A DNA stretch of 64,000 nucleotides from Alphaproteobacteria bacterium (lineage in GTDB: Bacteria > Pseudomonadota > Alphaproteobacteria > JAXMDU01), in contig JAXMDU010000004.1 in assembly GCA_046348645.1 (NCBI GenBank), positions 32,645 through 96,644 of the forward strand, written 5' to 3'. Of this stretch, positions 28,743-39,089 are shown one piece after another (within the stretch, counting starts at the first letter, position 1; the number at the start of each line of letters is the position of its first letter). The position numbers and the translations under genes are program-made. Below the pieces are notes generated by a model. It ran no database searches. It was not told where the DNA came from and saw only the letters and a list, made by a program, of their open reading frames with translations.

Positions 28743-29789
28743 ATGGCCATTAGCAAGACGGCGTTTGTTTCTGGAGCACTGATCGGCGGCTTGGTTCTGG
28801 GCCTGGCAGGCGGCGCGAATGCCGCGCAGGTCAACGGACCCAAGGTGCAGTGGAATTTTTCCATGTGGGGGACGCCGCGCGCCGCCACCGTGGGGTTCGA
28901 GCATCTTGCCAAGCTCGTATCCGAGGCGACCGACGGCAACTTCACGATCAAGATCCATTACGGTGGCGCCCTTTCGGAGCCGAAGGAAAACCTCGATGGC
29001 GTCGCCATCGGCGCGTTCGAGATGTCGCTGGTGGCAACCGGGTTCGTTCCCGGCAAGCTGCCGGTGGCGGATGGCTGCGCGCTTCCCATGCTACCGACAC
29101 CGACCGTCCATCACACCCGGGTCGTGCGCGAGACGTTCTACAAGCACCCCGACCCAAACCGCGAACTGACCGGCTGGCAATCGGTTCTCATCATGCCGAT
29201 GCCGTTCGGCGCCAACGAATTCGCGGGCAAGGGCGAGCCACCGCTGACGCTGGACGGCTGGAAGGGCAAGCGGGTGCGCGCGCTGAGCGGCGATGCCAAG
29301 GCGATGAAGGCGCTGGGCGCGGTTCCCCAGAACCTGCCAACCCCGGAAGCCTATGGCGCGCTGGAGCGCGGCCTGCTCGATGCCGCATCCAGCGGCTACT
29401 ATTCGATCCAGGCCTTCCGCTGGCACGAGCTGACCGATTGGTACACGACCAACATGGCGCTTTCCTCGGCCATGTCGGTCGTTCCCGCCACCAAGAAGGC
29501 CTATGACGCCCTGCCCCCACAGTACAAGAAACTGCTGATGGACAAGGTTCCAGCCTCGCTCGACGCGTGGGAAAAAGCCTATACCGATGCCGACCTTGCG
29601 GCGCTTGAGGTCTTCAAGAAGAAGGGCATGCGAGGGATCACCTATTCGCCGGCCGACCTTGCCAAGCTGGATGCCGCCGCCCGGCCGATCTGGAACGAGT
29701 GGGTCGCCGACGTGACCAAGAAAGGCTACAAGGGCAAGGAATTGCTTGACCTGATGCTGGCCACGGCCAAGACCGTCAAGACCTCTTAG
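28743..29789 (+). CDS. periplasmic solute-binding protein, TRAP DctP-like family (orphan)
   Basis: Signal peptide MAISKTAFVSGALIGGLVLGLAGGANA; DctP-like blocks (LVSEATDGNFTIKIHYGGAL, DGWKGKRVRALSGDAKAMKALGAVPQN, ALERGLLDAA). The ORF-track N-extension from 28215 looks spurious. Confidence 0.55.
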   Translation: MAISKTAFVSGALIGGLVLGLAGGANAAQVNGPKVQWNFSMWGTPRAATVGFEHLAKLVSEATDGNFTIKIHYGGALSEPKENLDGVAIGAFEMSLVATGFVPGKLPVADGCALPMLPTPTVHHTRVVRETFYKHPDPNRELTGWQSVLIMPMPFGANEFAGKGEPPLTLDGWKGKRVRALSGDAKAMKALGAVPQNLPTPEAYGALERGLLDAASSGYYSIQAFRWHELTDWYTTNMALSSAMSVVPATKKAYDALPPQYKKLLMDKVPASLDAWEKAYTDADLAALEVFKKKGMRGITYSPADLAKLDAAARPIWNEWVADVTKKGYKGKELLDLMLATAKTVKTS

Positions 29790-29890
29790 GGCAAGACATC
29801 ATAGCGCCCGGGCCATTGCAGCAACGGCCGATCCATTGACCGGCACAAACAAGGCGGCGCCAGCGGTGCCGCCTTGTCCCTTTGTCCAGA

Positions 29891-29932
29891 CTGCATTGCT
29901 GGCACTGCATTGCTGGCGCTGCATTGCCGGTC
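29891..29932. repeat. 3 tandem 14-bp units CTGCATTGCTGGCN
   Basis: ctgcattgctggca / ctgcattgctggcg / ctgcattgccggtc, downstream of SBP gene 28743-29789. Confidence 0.7.
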
Positions 29933-30026
29933 GTTGAGAAACTGAGTATCCTGCAGTGTTGTCGGCTTTCGTGGTCGGCAAGCACGCAACATCCTGGAAA
30001 CCCTGGAAACTAAGGATCCCAAGACG

Positions 30027-31091
30027 ATGCCGATGATTCGATCGATCACCCGCCTTGGCGCGGTGGGCGCGTGTGCGCTGGGCCTGACCGCCCTGGCCGC
30101 GGCTGCCGGCGTTCCAGCCTTGGCCGCCACCGTGGATGGGCCGAAAGTGAACTGGAACTTCAACATGTACGGCCCGAAGCGCGCCGTGACGGCCGGGCCC
30201 GAGGAGCTTGCGCGGCTGGTCTCCGAGGCGACGGGCGGCAATTTCAACATCCAGATCCACTATGCCGAAATTCTCGGCCCGCCGCGCGAGGCGCTCGACG
30301 CCATCAGCATCGGCGCCTACGAGATTACGCTTGTTGTCAGCGCTTTCACGCCCGGCAAGCTGCCGGTCGTCGAAGGCCTGGGGCTGCCGATGCTGCCGAC
30401 CCCCACCATCCATCACGGTCGCGCCATGCGGGAAGGGTTCTTCACCCATCCGGTGCCGAATGCGGATGTGGCGCGGTGGAAGGCAAAGCTGATCACGCCG
30501 ATGCCCATTCCGTCGAACGAATTCGTCGGCAAGGGCAAGCCGCCCGCCACCCTGGCAGATTGGAAGGGGCTGCGTTTTCGCGCCCTGGGCGGTGATGCAA
30601 AGACGGTCCAGCTTCTGGGCAGCACGGCGCAGAACTTCCCACCCCCGGAAATCTATGGCGCCATGGAACGTGGCCTGCTGGACGGGACCTCGTCGACCCT
30701 GAACTCGCACGGCGCGTTCAAGATCTATGAAATCGGCAACTGGTACACCACCAACATGGCCATTTCCTCGGCGCCGTCCATCATCATCGCGGGAATGGGC
30801 GCCATCAATGCCTTGCCGCCCCAATACCAGAAGCTGCTCTATAATTCGGTCGAGGCAACGAACGACTACTGGCTCAAGACCCTGCTGGCCGATGACCTGA
30901 AGGCGATCGAGGCGTTCAAGGCGAAAGGCCTGACCCCGGTCACGTTCAGCGATGCCGATCTTGCCCGCATTCGGGAACTGGTCTCGCCGGTCTGGAACGA
31001 ATGGGTCGCCGACATGGACAAGCGCGGCTATCCCGGCAAGGAGCTGCTGCAACTTATGATCGATAGCGCCAAAAAGGCGAAGGTAAGCTGA
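30027..31091 (+). CDS. periplasmic solute-binding protein, TRAP DctP-like family (orphan)
   Basis: Paralog of 28743-29789; signal peptide, conserved VNWNFNMYGPKRA and DWKGLRFRALGGDAK. Confidence 0.55.
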   Translation: MPMIRSITRLGAVGACALGLTALAAAAGVPALAATVDGPKVNWNFNMYGPKRAVTAGPEELARLVSEATGGNFNIQIHYAEILGPPREALDAISIGAYEITLVVSAFTPGKLPVVEGLGLPMLPTPTIHHGRAMREGFFTHPVPNADVARWKAKLITPMPIPSNEFVGKGKPPATLADWKGLRFRALGGDAKTVQLLGSTAQNFPPPEIYGAMERGLLDGTSSTLNSHGAFKIYEIGNWYTTNMAISSAPSIIIAGMGAINALPPQYQKLLYNSVEATNDYWLKTLLADDLKAIEAFKAKGLTPVTFSDADLARIRELVSPVWNEWVADMDKRGYPGKELLQLMIDSAKKAKVS

Positions 31092-31154
31092 GAAAGTAAG
31101 CTGATCGGGGGCCGGGCCGGCTGCGACCGGCTGGCCCTGTTCGAGCCCGATGAC

Positions 31155-31200
31155 GGCGGCCGGATCGATAGCAGATCGATCCGGCCGCCGTTTTTCTTTT
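31155..31200 (+). terminator. rho-independent terminator
   Basis: Perfect 15-bp inverted repeat GGCGGCCGGATCGAT ... ATCGATCCGGCCGCC followed by GTTTTTCTTTT. Confidence 0.75.
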
Positions 31201-31407
31201 GTCCCCCTGGTTTTGTCTCCCCAGAACCCTGGCCAGAACCCTGGGATCTGGCCTTGCCATGCCAGGGCTTGATCGGCAGGGTTTGCGGGAAAAGGGCGCG
31301 GCACGGTAGATTGTTGCCAGCCGCGACCGTGGACCGCCCGCGGGGATCAAGGCGGTATAATAGCGGGCGCAGAAGCCGCCCGCCGATTCAACAGAGGAGG
31401 TTTACGC

Positions 31408-32454
31408 ATGATGACGCCGCTGCGTCTGATGACCATGCCGCTGACCGCAGGCATGCTGGCTGTCGGGCTTGCCATGCCGGCCCCAGCCCAGACCGTTCAG
31501 GGACCGAAGGTCGAGTGGAACTTCGGCATGTACGGCAACAAGCGCGCCGCCACGGCCGGGTTCGAAGAACTGTCGCGCCTGGTCGGCGAAGCGACGAACG
31601 GCAATTTCAACATCAAGATCCATTATGGCGAAGCGCTTGGCCCGTCGAAAGAAGCGCTCGATGCGATCAAGATCGGCGCCTATGAGATGACGCTGGCCGT
31701 CAGCGGCTTCACGCCTGGAAAGCTGCCGGTGGTCGAAGGTCTTGGCCTGCCGTTCCTGCCCACACCAACCATCCACCACGTCCGCGCCATGCGCGAAGGC
31801 TTCATGCAGCACCCGACGCCGAAGGCCGAAGTTTCCGGCTGGGGTGCGGTGACCATCACGCCAATGCCGATCGGCTCGAACGAGTTCCTTGGCAAGGGCA
31901 AGCCGCCGGTCATGCTTGCGGACTGGAAGGGCTTGCGGGTCCGCGCGCTGAGCGGCGACGCCAAGGCCATGCGCCTGATCGGGGCCGTGCCGCAGAACGT
32001 GCCGACGCCGGAAACCTATGGCGCCATCGAGCGCGGCCTGCTCGATGCCGCCTCGACACTTTACTACGCCCACGCCGCTTTCCGCACCCACGAGGTGACG
32101 AACTGGTACACCACCAACATGTCGCTCTCGTCGGCACCGTCGCTGGTTCTGGCCGGGGCCAAGGCATTCGACGCATTGCCGCCCCAATACAAGAAACTGG
32201 TGATGGATTCGGTCAAACCGTCCAACGATTTCTGGGTCAAGGTGCTGATCGAGGACGATGCCAAGGCGCTTGAGCTGTTCAAGCAGAAGGGGCTGGTGGC
32301 GGTGACCATCCCGGAATCCGAATTGGCGAAGCTGCGCGAGCTGGTGAAGCCGATGTACCAGGAATGGATCGACGACATGAACAAGCGCGGCCACAATGGC
32401 CAGGAGCTGTTCGATCTGATGATCAAGAGCGCCCAGGCCTACAAGGGCGCCTGA
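31408..32454 (+). CDS. periplasmic solute-binding protein, TRAP DctP-like family (orphan)
   Basis: Third tandem paralog; RBS GAGGAGG; signal peptide MMTPLRLMTMPLTAGMLAVGLAMPAPA. Confidence 0.55.
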   Translation: MMTPLRLMTMPLTAGMLAVGLAMPAPAQTVQGPKVEWNFGMYGNKRAATAGFEELSRLVGEATNGNFNIKIHYGEALGPSKEALDAIKIGAYEMTLAVSGFTPGKLPVVEGLGLPFLPTPTIHHVRAMREGFMQHPTPKAEVSGWGAVTITPMPIGSNEFLGKGKPPVMLADWKGLRVRALSGDAKAMRLIGAVPQNVPTPETYGAIERGLLDAASTLYYAHAAFRTHEVTNWYTTNMSLSSAPSLVLAGAKAFDALPPQYKKLVMDSVKPSNDFWVKVLIEDDAKALELFKQKGLVAVTIPESELAKLRELVKPMYQEWIDDMNKRGHNGQELFDLMIKSAQAYKGA

Positions 32455-32491
32455 TCACGGGTGCGGCGTTCGCCACACTGATGGTCCGAAT

Positions 32492-32524
32492 GGGGCGGCG
32501 GGGAAACCCGCCGCCCTTTTCCAT
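32492..32524 (+). terminator. rho-independent terminator
   Basis: GGGCGGCGGG GAAA CCCGCCGCCC followed by TTTTCC. Confidence 0.65.
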
Positions 32525-32553
32525 TCCGGACCGGCGTGACGACAGCCCGCCGG

Positions 32554-34515
32554 TCAGAGCGCGAGACGCGCCTTCAATTCGTCGATCGCTTCGGGATTGA
32601 CCAGCGACGACGTGTCGCCCGCCGGTTCGCCCAGGATCACGGACCGCACCATCCGCCGCATGATCTTGAGATTGCGGGTCTTCGGCAGATCGGAAACGAA
32701 GATCACCTGCTTCGGCCGATAGGATGTTCCCATCTTGGCGACGACGGCGTTGGAAAGCTCGGCCCGCAGGCTCTCGCTTTCCGGAACACCCGGCATCGGC
32801 ACGCAGACGCAGCCGACCGCATTGCCCTTGATGTCGTCGGGCAGGCCGATCACCGCCGCCTCGACGATCTTGCCGGTCGCCATCAGCACACCTTCGATCT
32901 CGGCGGGTCCGGTGCGCTTGCCCGAGATCTTGAGCGTATCGTCGGACCGGCCAAGCAGGTACCACAGGCCGTCGTCGTCCCTGATGGCCCAGTCGCCATG
33001 GCGCCAGACGTTCTCGTACATCGACCAGTAGGTTTCGAGGTAGCGATCGTCGTCCTTCCACAGGCTGCGGGTCAGGCCGATGCTGGGCAGCGTCATCACC
33101 AGTTCGCCCACCTGGCCCGGACCGACCGGCTTGCCGTTGTCGTCGAAGATGCGGGCGCCGGTTCCCGGCATGGGACCCGTGAACGAGCATGGCTTCATCG
33201 GGTGGATCACGGTCGAGCCGACAATGCCGCCCCCCACCTCGGTGCCGCCGGTATAGTTGAGGATGGGGACCCGCTTCTGCCCCACTCTCTCGAACAGCCA
33301 CACCCAGGCATCGTGCGTCCAGGGTTCGCCCGAGCCCATGATGATGCGCAGGGCCGAGAAATCATAACGATCGACTTCGTTGCCATAACGCATCAGCGAG
33401 CGCACCGTGGTGGGCGCGATGCCCTGATAGGTGATGCGCTGCTCCTGCATCAGGCGCCAATGGCGGCCGGTATCCGGATAATCGGGCGTGCCTTCGGCGA
33501 CGATCAGGCTGGCACCGTTCACGGTCGTGCCGACCGCGGTCATCGGCCCGACCAGCCAGCCCATGTCAGAGATCCACATCATGCGATCGGATTCGCGCAT
33601 GTCGAAGATCAGGCCGTAATCCATGGCCAGCCGCACGGTGAAGCCGGCATGGGACAGCTTGGTGCCCTTGGGCTTTCCCGTGGTCCCCGACGTAAAGACC
33701 AGAAGCGCCACGTCATCCGAGGCCATCGGCTCGGTCGCGGCCTCGGGCTTCTGCTTGGCGACCGATTCGTGCCACCACAGGTCGCGGCCTTTCTGCATGG
33801 GACAGACAACCTTGTCGCCCAGGTTGTGGACCACAAAGACGCGCCGCACCGTCGGGCAGGATTGCAGGGCCTCGTCCAGGGTCTGCTTCATCGCGATCTC
33901 GCGGCCACGCCGCCAGGTGCCATCGGCGGTGACCACTGCTTTTGCTTCGCCTTCTTTCAGGCGCACGATGATCGGTTCGGTTCCGTAACCCGAAAAGAGC
34001 GGCAGCGCGATGGCCCCGATCTTGATGATCGCGAACAGGGCCACATAGGCTTCGGGCAGCCCAGGCATATAGAGACTGATAACATCGTTCTTGCCCAGGC
34101 CTTCGGCGCGGAACGCATTCGCAAGCCGGCAGACTTCGGCATCGAATTCGGCATAGGTGAAGCTCTTCTGCTTGTCGTCCTCGGTGATGCCGACCATGTA
34201 GGTGCGGTTCCAGAGCGCGGTGTTCCGATGCCGATCGATGCAGTTGAGGACGATGTTGGTCTTGCCGCCCACGCACCAGCGCGTCCAAGGTGCTCCTTTC
34301 GAGGTGTCCATCACCTTGGAGTAGGGTTCAAAGAAGCGGATATCGAGATACCGGATCAGCGCATTCCAATACCATTCGGGGTCGGCTTCGGAGCGGGCAT
34401 TGAGGTCTTCATAGCTCTTGGCGCCGACCGCATCGATGAAGGCCTGGATACGGCTTTGAGCGATGGTCTCTGGGCTGGGGCGCCAGGCGACGTCGCTTTT
34501 CTTGATCATCTCCAT
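32554..34515 (-). CDS. AMP-forming acyl-CoA synthetase (acetyl/propionyl/acetoacetyl-CoA synthetase-like)
   Basis: AMP-binding motifs FTSGTTGKPKG, YTGGTEVGG, GELV, ISGKR; start at internal ATG (MEMIKKSD) after AAGGAGA. Confidence 0.8.
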   Translation of the reverse strand: MEMIKKSDVAWRPSPETIAQSRIQAFIDAVGAKSYEDLNARSEADPEWYWNALIRYLDIRFFEPYSKVMDTSKGAPWTRWCVGGKTNIVLNCIDRHRNTALWNRTYMVGITEDDKQKSFTYAEFDAEVCRLANAFRAEGLGKNDVISLYMPGLPEAYVALFAIIKIGAIALPLFSGYGTEPIIVRLKEGEAKAVVTADGTWRRGREIAMKQTLDEALQSCPTVRRVFVVHNLGDKVVCPMQKGRDLWWHESVAKQKPEAATEPMASDDVALLVFTSGTTGKPKGTKLSHAGFTVRLAMDYGLIFDMRESDRMMWISDMGWLVGPMTAVGTTVNGASLIVAEGTPDYPDTGRHWRLMQEQRITYQGIAPTTVRSLMRYGNEVDRYDFSALRIIMGSGEPWTHDAWVWLFERVGQKRVPILNYTGGTEVGGGIVGSTVIHPMKPCSFTGPMPGTGARIFDDNGKPVGPGQVGELVMTLPSIGLTRSLWKDDDRYLETYWSMYENVWRHGDWAIRDDDGLWYLLGRSDDTLKISGKRTGPAEIEGVLMATGKIVEAAVIGLPDDIKGNAVGCVCVPMPGVPESESLRAELSNAVVAKMGTSYRPKQVIFVSDLPKTRNLKIMRRMVRSVILGEPAGDTSSLVNPEAIDELKARLAL

Positions 34516-34688
34516 CGGTCCGGTCTCCTTTGCTGTCCTGGCGACGCGGCGCTCGCCACCACCCATGATGTCATTATATTCATGGTTGGCTCAACCACCC
34601 GCTATAATGGCCAGCCCGCCGGTCAGTTGTGCCTTGCGCTGGCCGGTGGCAGTGCTGTGTAATCCATCAGCAGAACGGAGGCTAGGCC

Positions 34689-35603
34689 ATGTACGCCATC
34701 CTTCGCATCGTCGGTCGGATCGTCGCCGTGACCGGCCTGCTGGCCGGCTTGGCCGCGGGATATGGATCGGGTGCGCGCGCCGGAACGGCCGTCGATCTTG
34801 CTCTTGTCATGGCGATCGACGTGTCAGGCAGCGTCGATGAGACCGAGGCCCGCCTTCAGCGCCAGGGCTATGTGGCGGCCTTTTCCCATCCCGAGGTCAT
34901 CGCCGCCATCCGGTCCGGCACGCTGGGCCGCATCGCCGTGCTCTACTTCGAATGGTCGGATTACTCGCATCAGTCACTGGTGGTCGATTGGACGGTCATC
35001 GACAGCGACACCGCCGCCCGCGCCTTTTCAACCCTGCTAGCCGAAACACCCATCAGCCGCGGGCGACGCACCTCGATCTCGGGCGCCATCGATTTCGGCG
35101 TCGCCCAGTTCAGTCGCAGCCCGTTCGACGGCACCCGGAAAGTGATCGATATTTCGGGTGATGGTCCGAACAACAGCGGCCCCACCGTCACCAGCCCGCG
35201 CGACGGCGCGCTGGCGCAGGGCATCACCATCAACGGGCTGCCGGTGGTGAATGACCGTATGGACCCCTACGGCGCGCCGCAGATGCCCGATCTGGACCGC
35301 TACTACCTGGCCTGCGTGATCGGCGGCCCCGGATCGTTCATCGTCGTGGCCAAGGATTTCCACGATTTCGCCAATGCGGTACGGCGCAAGCTGGTCCTTG
35401 AGATCGCGGGCGGCGAGCCCGACGCGCGACACGCCAGCAACCAATCCGTTCCCGCCCAACTGCGCATTGCCCAGGCTGCGCCGGCGCCGCTGCCGCAATA
35501 CGGCCGCAGCCCACAGGCCATTTTCCCGCCGGGTTGCGATGCCGGCGAGCGCTACATGCGGCAGCGATTCCTGGATTTCAATTCGGGCGGCGGCTTCCGC
35601 TGA
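34689..35603 (+). CDS. DUF1194 (vWA-like) domain protein, secreted
   Basis: Signal peptide; DLALVMAIDVSGSVDETEARLQRQGY...GRIAVLYFEW pattern as I recall for DUF1194. Confidence 0.6.
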   Translation: MYAILRIVGRIVAVTGLLAGLAAGYGSGARAGTAVDLALVMAIDVSGSVDETEARLQRQGYVAAFSHPEVIAAIRSGTLGRIAVLYFEWSDYSHQSLVVDWTVIDSDTAARAFSTLLAETPISRGRRTSISGAIDFGVAQFSRSPFDGTRKVIDISGDGPNNSGPTVTSPRDGALAQGITINGLPVVNDRMDPYGAPQMPDLDRYYLACVIGGPGSFIVVAKDFHDFANAVRRKLVLEIAGGEPDARHASNQSVPAQLRIAQAAPAPLPQYGRSPQAIFPPGCDAGERYMRQRFLDFNSGGGFR

Positions 35604-35636
35604 CCGGCTTCCGCTGACGCCCGGCAGAACCGGGCG

Positions 35637-37178
35637 TCAGACGATTCGCGTCTTGTGGCCTTCCCAGTAGCGGGCCTTGATCCGATGCTTGGCAAGCTTG
35701 CCGCTGGGAAGGCGGGGCAATTCAACTTCGAAATCGACCGAGCGCGGGCACTTGATGTGGGACAGATGCGCCCGGCAAAAACTGATCAGTTCGGCCGCGG
35801 TTTCGGGTGACGCCGAGGCCGGATCGACAAGCTGCACGACCGCCTTCACCTCTTCGCCAAATTCGGCATTGGGAACACCGATCACCGCCACGTCCGTCAC
35901 CTTGGGGTGGGTGACAAGCAGGTTTTCCGCTTCCTGCGGATAGATGTTCACGCCGCCGGAAATGATCATGTGGGCCTTGCGGTCGGTCAGGTAGAGATAG
36001 CCGTCCCGGTCGAGATACCCCACGTCGAACAGGGTCGACCAGCCCTGGGCATTATGGGCACTGGCCGTTTTTGCGGGATCATTGTGATAGGCAAAGGCCG
36101 GACCGCCCTCGAAATAGATCACGCCTTCTTCGCCGGCGGCGCATTCCTGGCCGTCATCGCCGACGATCCGCACACGGCCGATCACGGCCTGGCCGACCGA
36201 GCCCTTGTGGGCAAGCCAGGTCGGGGAATCGATGCTGGTCAGGCCGTTGCGTTCCGAGCCTGCGTAGTATTCCCACAGGATCGGCCCCCACCAGCCAATC
36301 ATCGTCTCCTTGACCGGAATCGGGCATGGCGCCGCCGCATGCACGGCGCAGCGGTGACTGGAAAGATCAAACCCGCGCCGCACCGCCTGGGGCAGCTTCA
36401 GCATGCGGATGAAATGCGTGGGCACCCATTGGCTGTGCGTGATGTGATGTTTTTCGATCAGTTGAAGCGCAAGGAGGGCGTCAAACTTTTCCATCACCAC
36501 GACGGTCGCGCCAAGCCGCTGGAAGCGCATGGTGAAGTTGAGCGGCGCCGCGTGATAGAGCGGGCCGGGCGATAGATAGACGGCATCGCCGCTGCCGCCG
36601 TAAAGCCCGATGATCAGGGTCTGGACGGTCGAATCCTGGCCCATCGGCCCCGCCGGCGGCTTTCGGTAAACGCCCTTGGGCCGGCCCGTGGTACCCGATG
36701 AATAGAGCAGGGCCGAGCCTTCGCTTTCATCCGGAAGCGGATCGGGCGATTCGCCCGCGATCGCCGCCTCGAAGGACGCGAAGCCCGGCTCGACGCCATC
36801 GATCATCAGCCAATGCGCAACCCCTGGAACCAGGGCGGGAAGCGCCCCCGCCACCGCCGCGCCGGCCTTGCTGCTGACAACCGCCCTGGCACCGGAATCG
36901 GCCACGATATAGGCGGCCTCGTCCGGCGTCAGGTGGGTACTGATCGGCGCGAAGAACAAGCCCGAACGCTGCGCCGCCCATGCGACGACGAAGAGCTGAG
37001 CCTGATTTTCGATCATGAAGGCGATGGCATCGCCCGCCTTGAGACCGAGCCTTCGGAACAGCCGCGCGCAGCGGTTGGACTGCGCGTCAAGCTCGCCATA
37101 GGTAAGCCGCGCCCCGCCCGGCTCGACAATGACCGCAGGCTTGTCGGGCCAAGCCTGCGCATGGACTCCTGGCCACAT
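35637..37178 (-). CDS. AMP-dependent acyl-CoA synthetase/ligase
   Basis: LYSSGTTGRPKG, YYAGSERNG, GYLYLTDRKAHMIISGGVNIYPQE. Confidence 0.8.
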   Translation of the reverse strand: MWPGVHAQAWPDKPAVIVEPGGARLTYGELDAQSNRCARLFRRLGLKAGDAIAFMIENQAQLFVVAWAAQRSGLFFAPISTHLTPDEAAYIVADSGARAVVSSKAGAAVAGALPALVPGVAHWLMIDGVEPGFASFEAAIAGESPDPLPDESEGSALLYSSGTTGRPKGVYRKPPAGPMGQDSTVQTLIIGLYGGSGDAVYLSPGPLYHAAPLNFTMRFQRLGATVVVMEKFDALLALQLIEKHHITHSQWVPTHFIRMLKLPQAVRRGFDLSSHRCAVHAAAPCPIPVKETMIGWWGPILWEYYAGSERNGLTSIDSPTWLAHKGSVGQAVIGRVRIVGDDGQECAAGEEGVIYFEGGPAFAYHNDPAKTASAHNAQGWSTLFDVGYLDRDGYLYLTDRKAHMIISGGVNIYPQEAENLLVTHPKVTDVAVIGVPNAEFGEEVKAVVQLVDPASASPETAAELISFCRAHLSHIKCPRSVDFEVELPRLPSGKLAKHRIKARYWEGHKTRIV

Positions 37179-37211
37179 GGGCGATCCTATCGGGTTGCCG
37201 GGTGCATCGGC

Positions 37212-38909
37212 CTACCGCTTGCGGGCCTCGGATTTGGCGCGGTCGCGCTTGATCTCCTCGGCCAGGCGATAGCCCGCCTTGACGCGATCCCAGGTCTTGT
37301 CGGTAAAGGCGACCGCCCGCAGCTTCGCCTTCTGCACCTTCTCGGTCGGCGTCTTCGGCAGAACGTCATAGAATTCGATATAGCGCGGCACGACGAAATA
37401 GGGCATGCGCTTGTCGCACCAGGCGGTCAATTCCTCGGCCGTCAGCTTGGCGCCTGGTTTCAGAACCACGCAGGCCTTCACCTCGTCCTCGCCCGCCTCC
37501 ATGTCGGCCGGCACCCCGACCACCGCGCAATCATCCACCGCCGGGTGGGCCAGGATCGGCGCCTCGACCTCGTAGGAGGAAATATTCTCGCCGCGGCGAC
37601 GCAGCGCGTCCTTGATCCGGTCAAGGAAGTAGTACCACCCCTTGGCGTCACGCTTCACGGCGTCGCCGGTGTGGAACCAGAGATTGCGATAGGCCTCGAG
37701 GGTTTTCTCGGGCATGCCGAAATAGCCGGCATTGAGGGTCCAGGGTTCCTTGTGGCGGACAATGAATTCGCCCACCTCGCCGATGCCGACCTCTTCGTCG
37801 GTGTCGGGATTGACGACCCGGATGTCAAACCAGTCCGACACCGCAACGCCGCAGGCCCCGGCCGGGCGCTTGTGGCCGGTTGGCGTAAGAATCGGAATCG
37901 CGATCTCGGTCATGCCGTAGCATTCGAGGAATTCCTTGATGCCGAAGCGCTTCTGGAAGTCCGCCATGATCTTGAAGGCGGTCGGCGCCGCGAAGATGCG
38001 GGTCAGCTTGTGGCCCTTGTCGCGCGGCGTCGGCGGTTGCTCGTAAACAAAGGTCATGGCAACGCCCAAGAAGTTGGTGACCGTGCAGCGCGATTCATAC
38101 AGCCGGTCGACGAAGGCGCTGGGGCTGAACCGCTCGTAGCACACGCAGCGCGCGCCGGCGATCAGGCTGGGATAGATCGTCAGAAGCTGGGCGTTGGCAT
38201 GGAAGAACGGAAAGCCGGTCATGTAGGTATCGCGGCTCGTGAGCGAGACCAGGTGCCGGCATTCCTCGCTGAAGAAGTAGTTGTGGGCATGGGGCATCAT
38301 CACGCCCTTCGAGGGCCCCGTGGTGCCCGAGGTGAACATGATTGACGCCAGGTCGCGCGACGTGACCTGGACTTTCGGGTTCGACGTGTCGCGCGTGAGG
38401 ATGTCGTGGAAATCACGCGTCTTGACGCGCGTGAACGCGGGTTCCTGTCCCTTGTCGACGCCGCGTGGCGACCACAGGATGACCTGTTCGAGATGCGGCA
38501 TGTTGGCTTCGCTCTCGACCACCGCGGGCGCCAGCTCGCGATCCAGAATCATCAGCCGCGCCTTGCTCAGATTCGCCTGATGTTCAAGGAAGCTGCCCTT
38601 GTAGGCCGTGTTGATCGGGCACTCGATCGCACCCAGCTTGTTGAGCGCAAACCACGAATAGAGGTAATCGAGGCTGTTGCGCGCGAACAGAACGACCGTA
38701 TCGCCCTTGGTGACGCCAAGGGCGGCCAAGCCGTGCGCCAGGCGGTTGACGGTCCGGTTCACGTCCGAGAAGCTGTGCGGCTTTTCGCTGCCCCACTGCA
38801 GGAAGGGCTTGTCGCCGATCGTCTTCGCCTGATGCTCAAGCACCTTGCCAAGCACCCATTCCTCTTTCTTGAACTTCGGCTTTATCTTTGGATAGGTGAG
38901 AACTGGCAT
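37212..38909 (-). CDS. AMP-dependent acyl-CoA synthetase/ligase
   Basis: MFTSGTTGPSKG, ECYGMTE, GWYYFLDRIKDALRRRGENISSYEVE. Confidence 0.8.
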   Translation of the reverse strand: MPVLTYPKIKPKFKKEEWVLGKVLEHQAKTIGDKPFLQWGSEKPHSFSDVNRTVNRLAHGLAALGVTKGDTVVLFARNSLDYLYSWFALNKLGAIECPINTAYKGSFLEHQANLSKARLMILDRELAPAVVESEANMPHLEQVILWSPRGVDKGQEPAFTRVKTRDFHDILTRDTSNPKVQVTSRDLASIMFTSGTTGPSKGVMMPHAHNYFFSEECRHLVSLTSRDTYMTGFPFFHANAQLLTIYPSLIAGARCVCYERFSPSAFVDRLYESRCTVTNFLGVAMTFVYEQPPTPRDKGHKLTRIFAAPTAFKIMADFQKRFGIKEFLECYGMTEIAIPILTPTGHKRPAGACGVAVSDWFDIRVVNPDTDEEVGIGEVGEFIVRHKEPWTLNAGYFGMPEKTLEAYRNLWFHTGDAVKRDAKGWYYFLDRIKDALRRRGENISSYEVEAPILAHPAVDDCAVVGVPADMEAGEDEVKACVVLKPGAKLTAEELTAWCDKRMPYFVVPRYIEFYDVLPKTPTEKVQKAKLRAVAFTDKTWDRVKAGYRLAEEIKRDRAKSEARKR

Positions 38910-39089
38910 TCCTTCGTCTCCCTGTCAGGTGTTGCGTGCTTGTGGCAATGGACGGCCGGCGGCGGCCGCAACCCGCGTCCCAACGCCGTTCCTGCCCGCC
39001 ATCCGTGGCATTCCCTCTCGATCGCCCTTATAACCCGGGGGCCGGCGGCTGGAAACGGCCGACGCAAAGCAACCGCCTGGAGAGACAAG

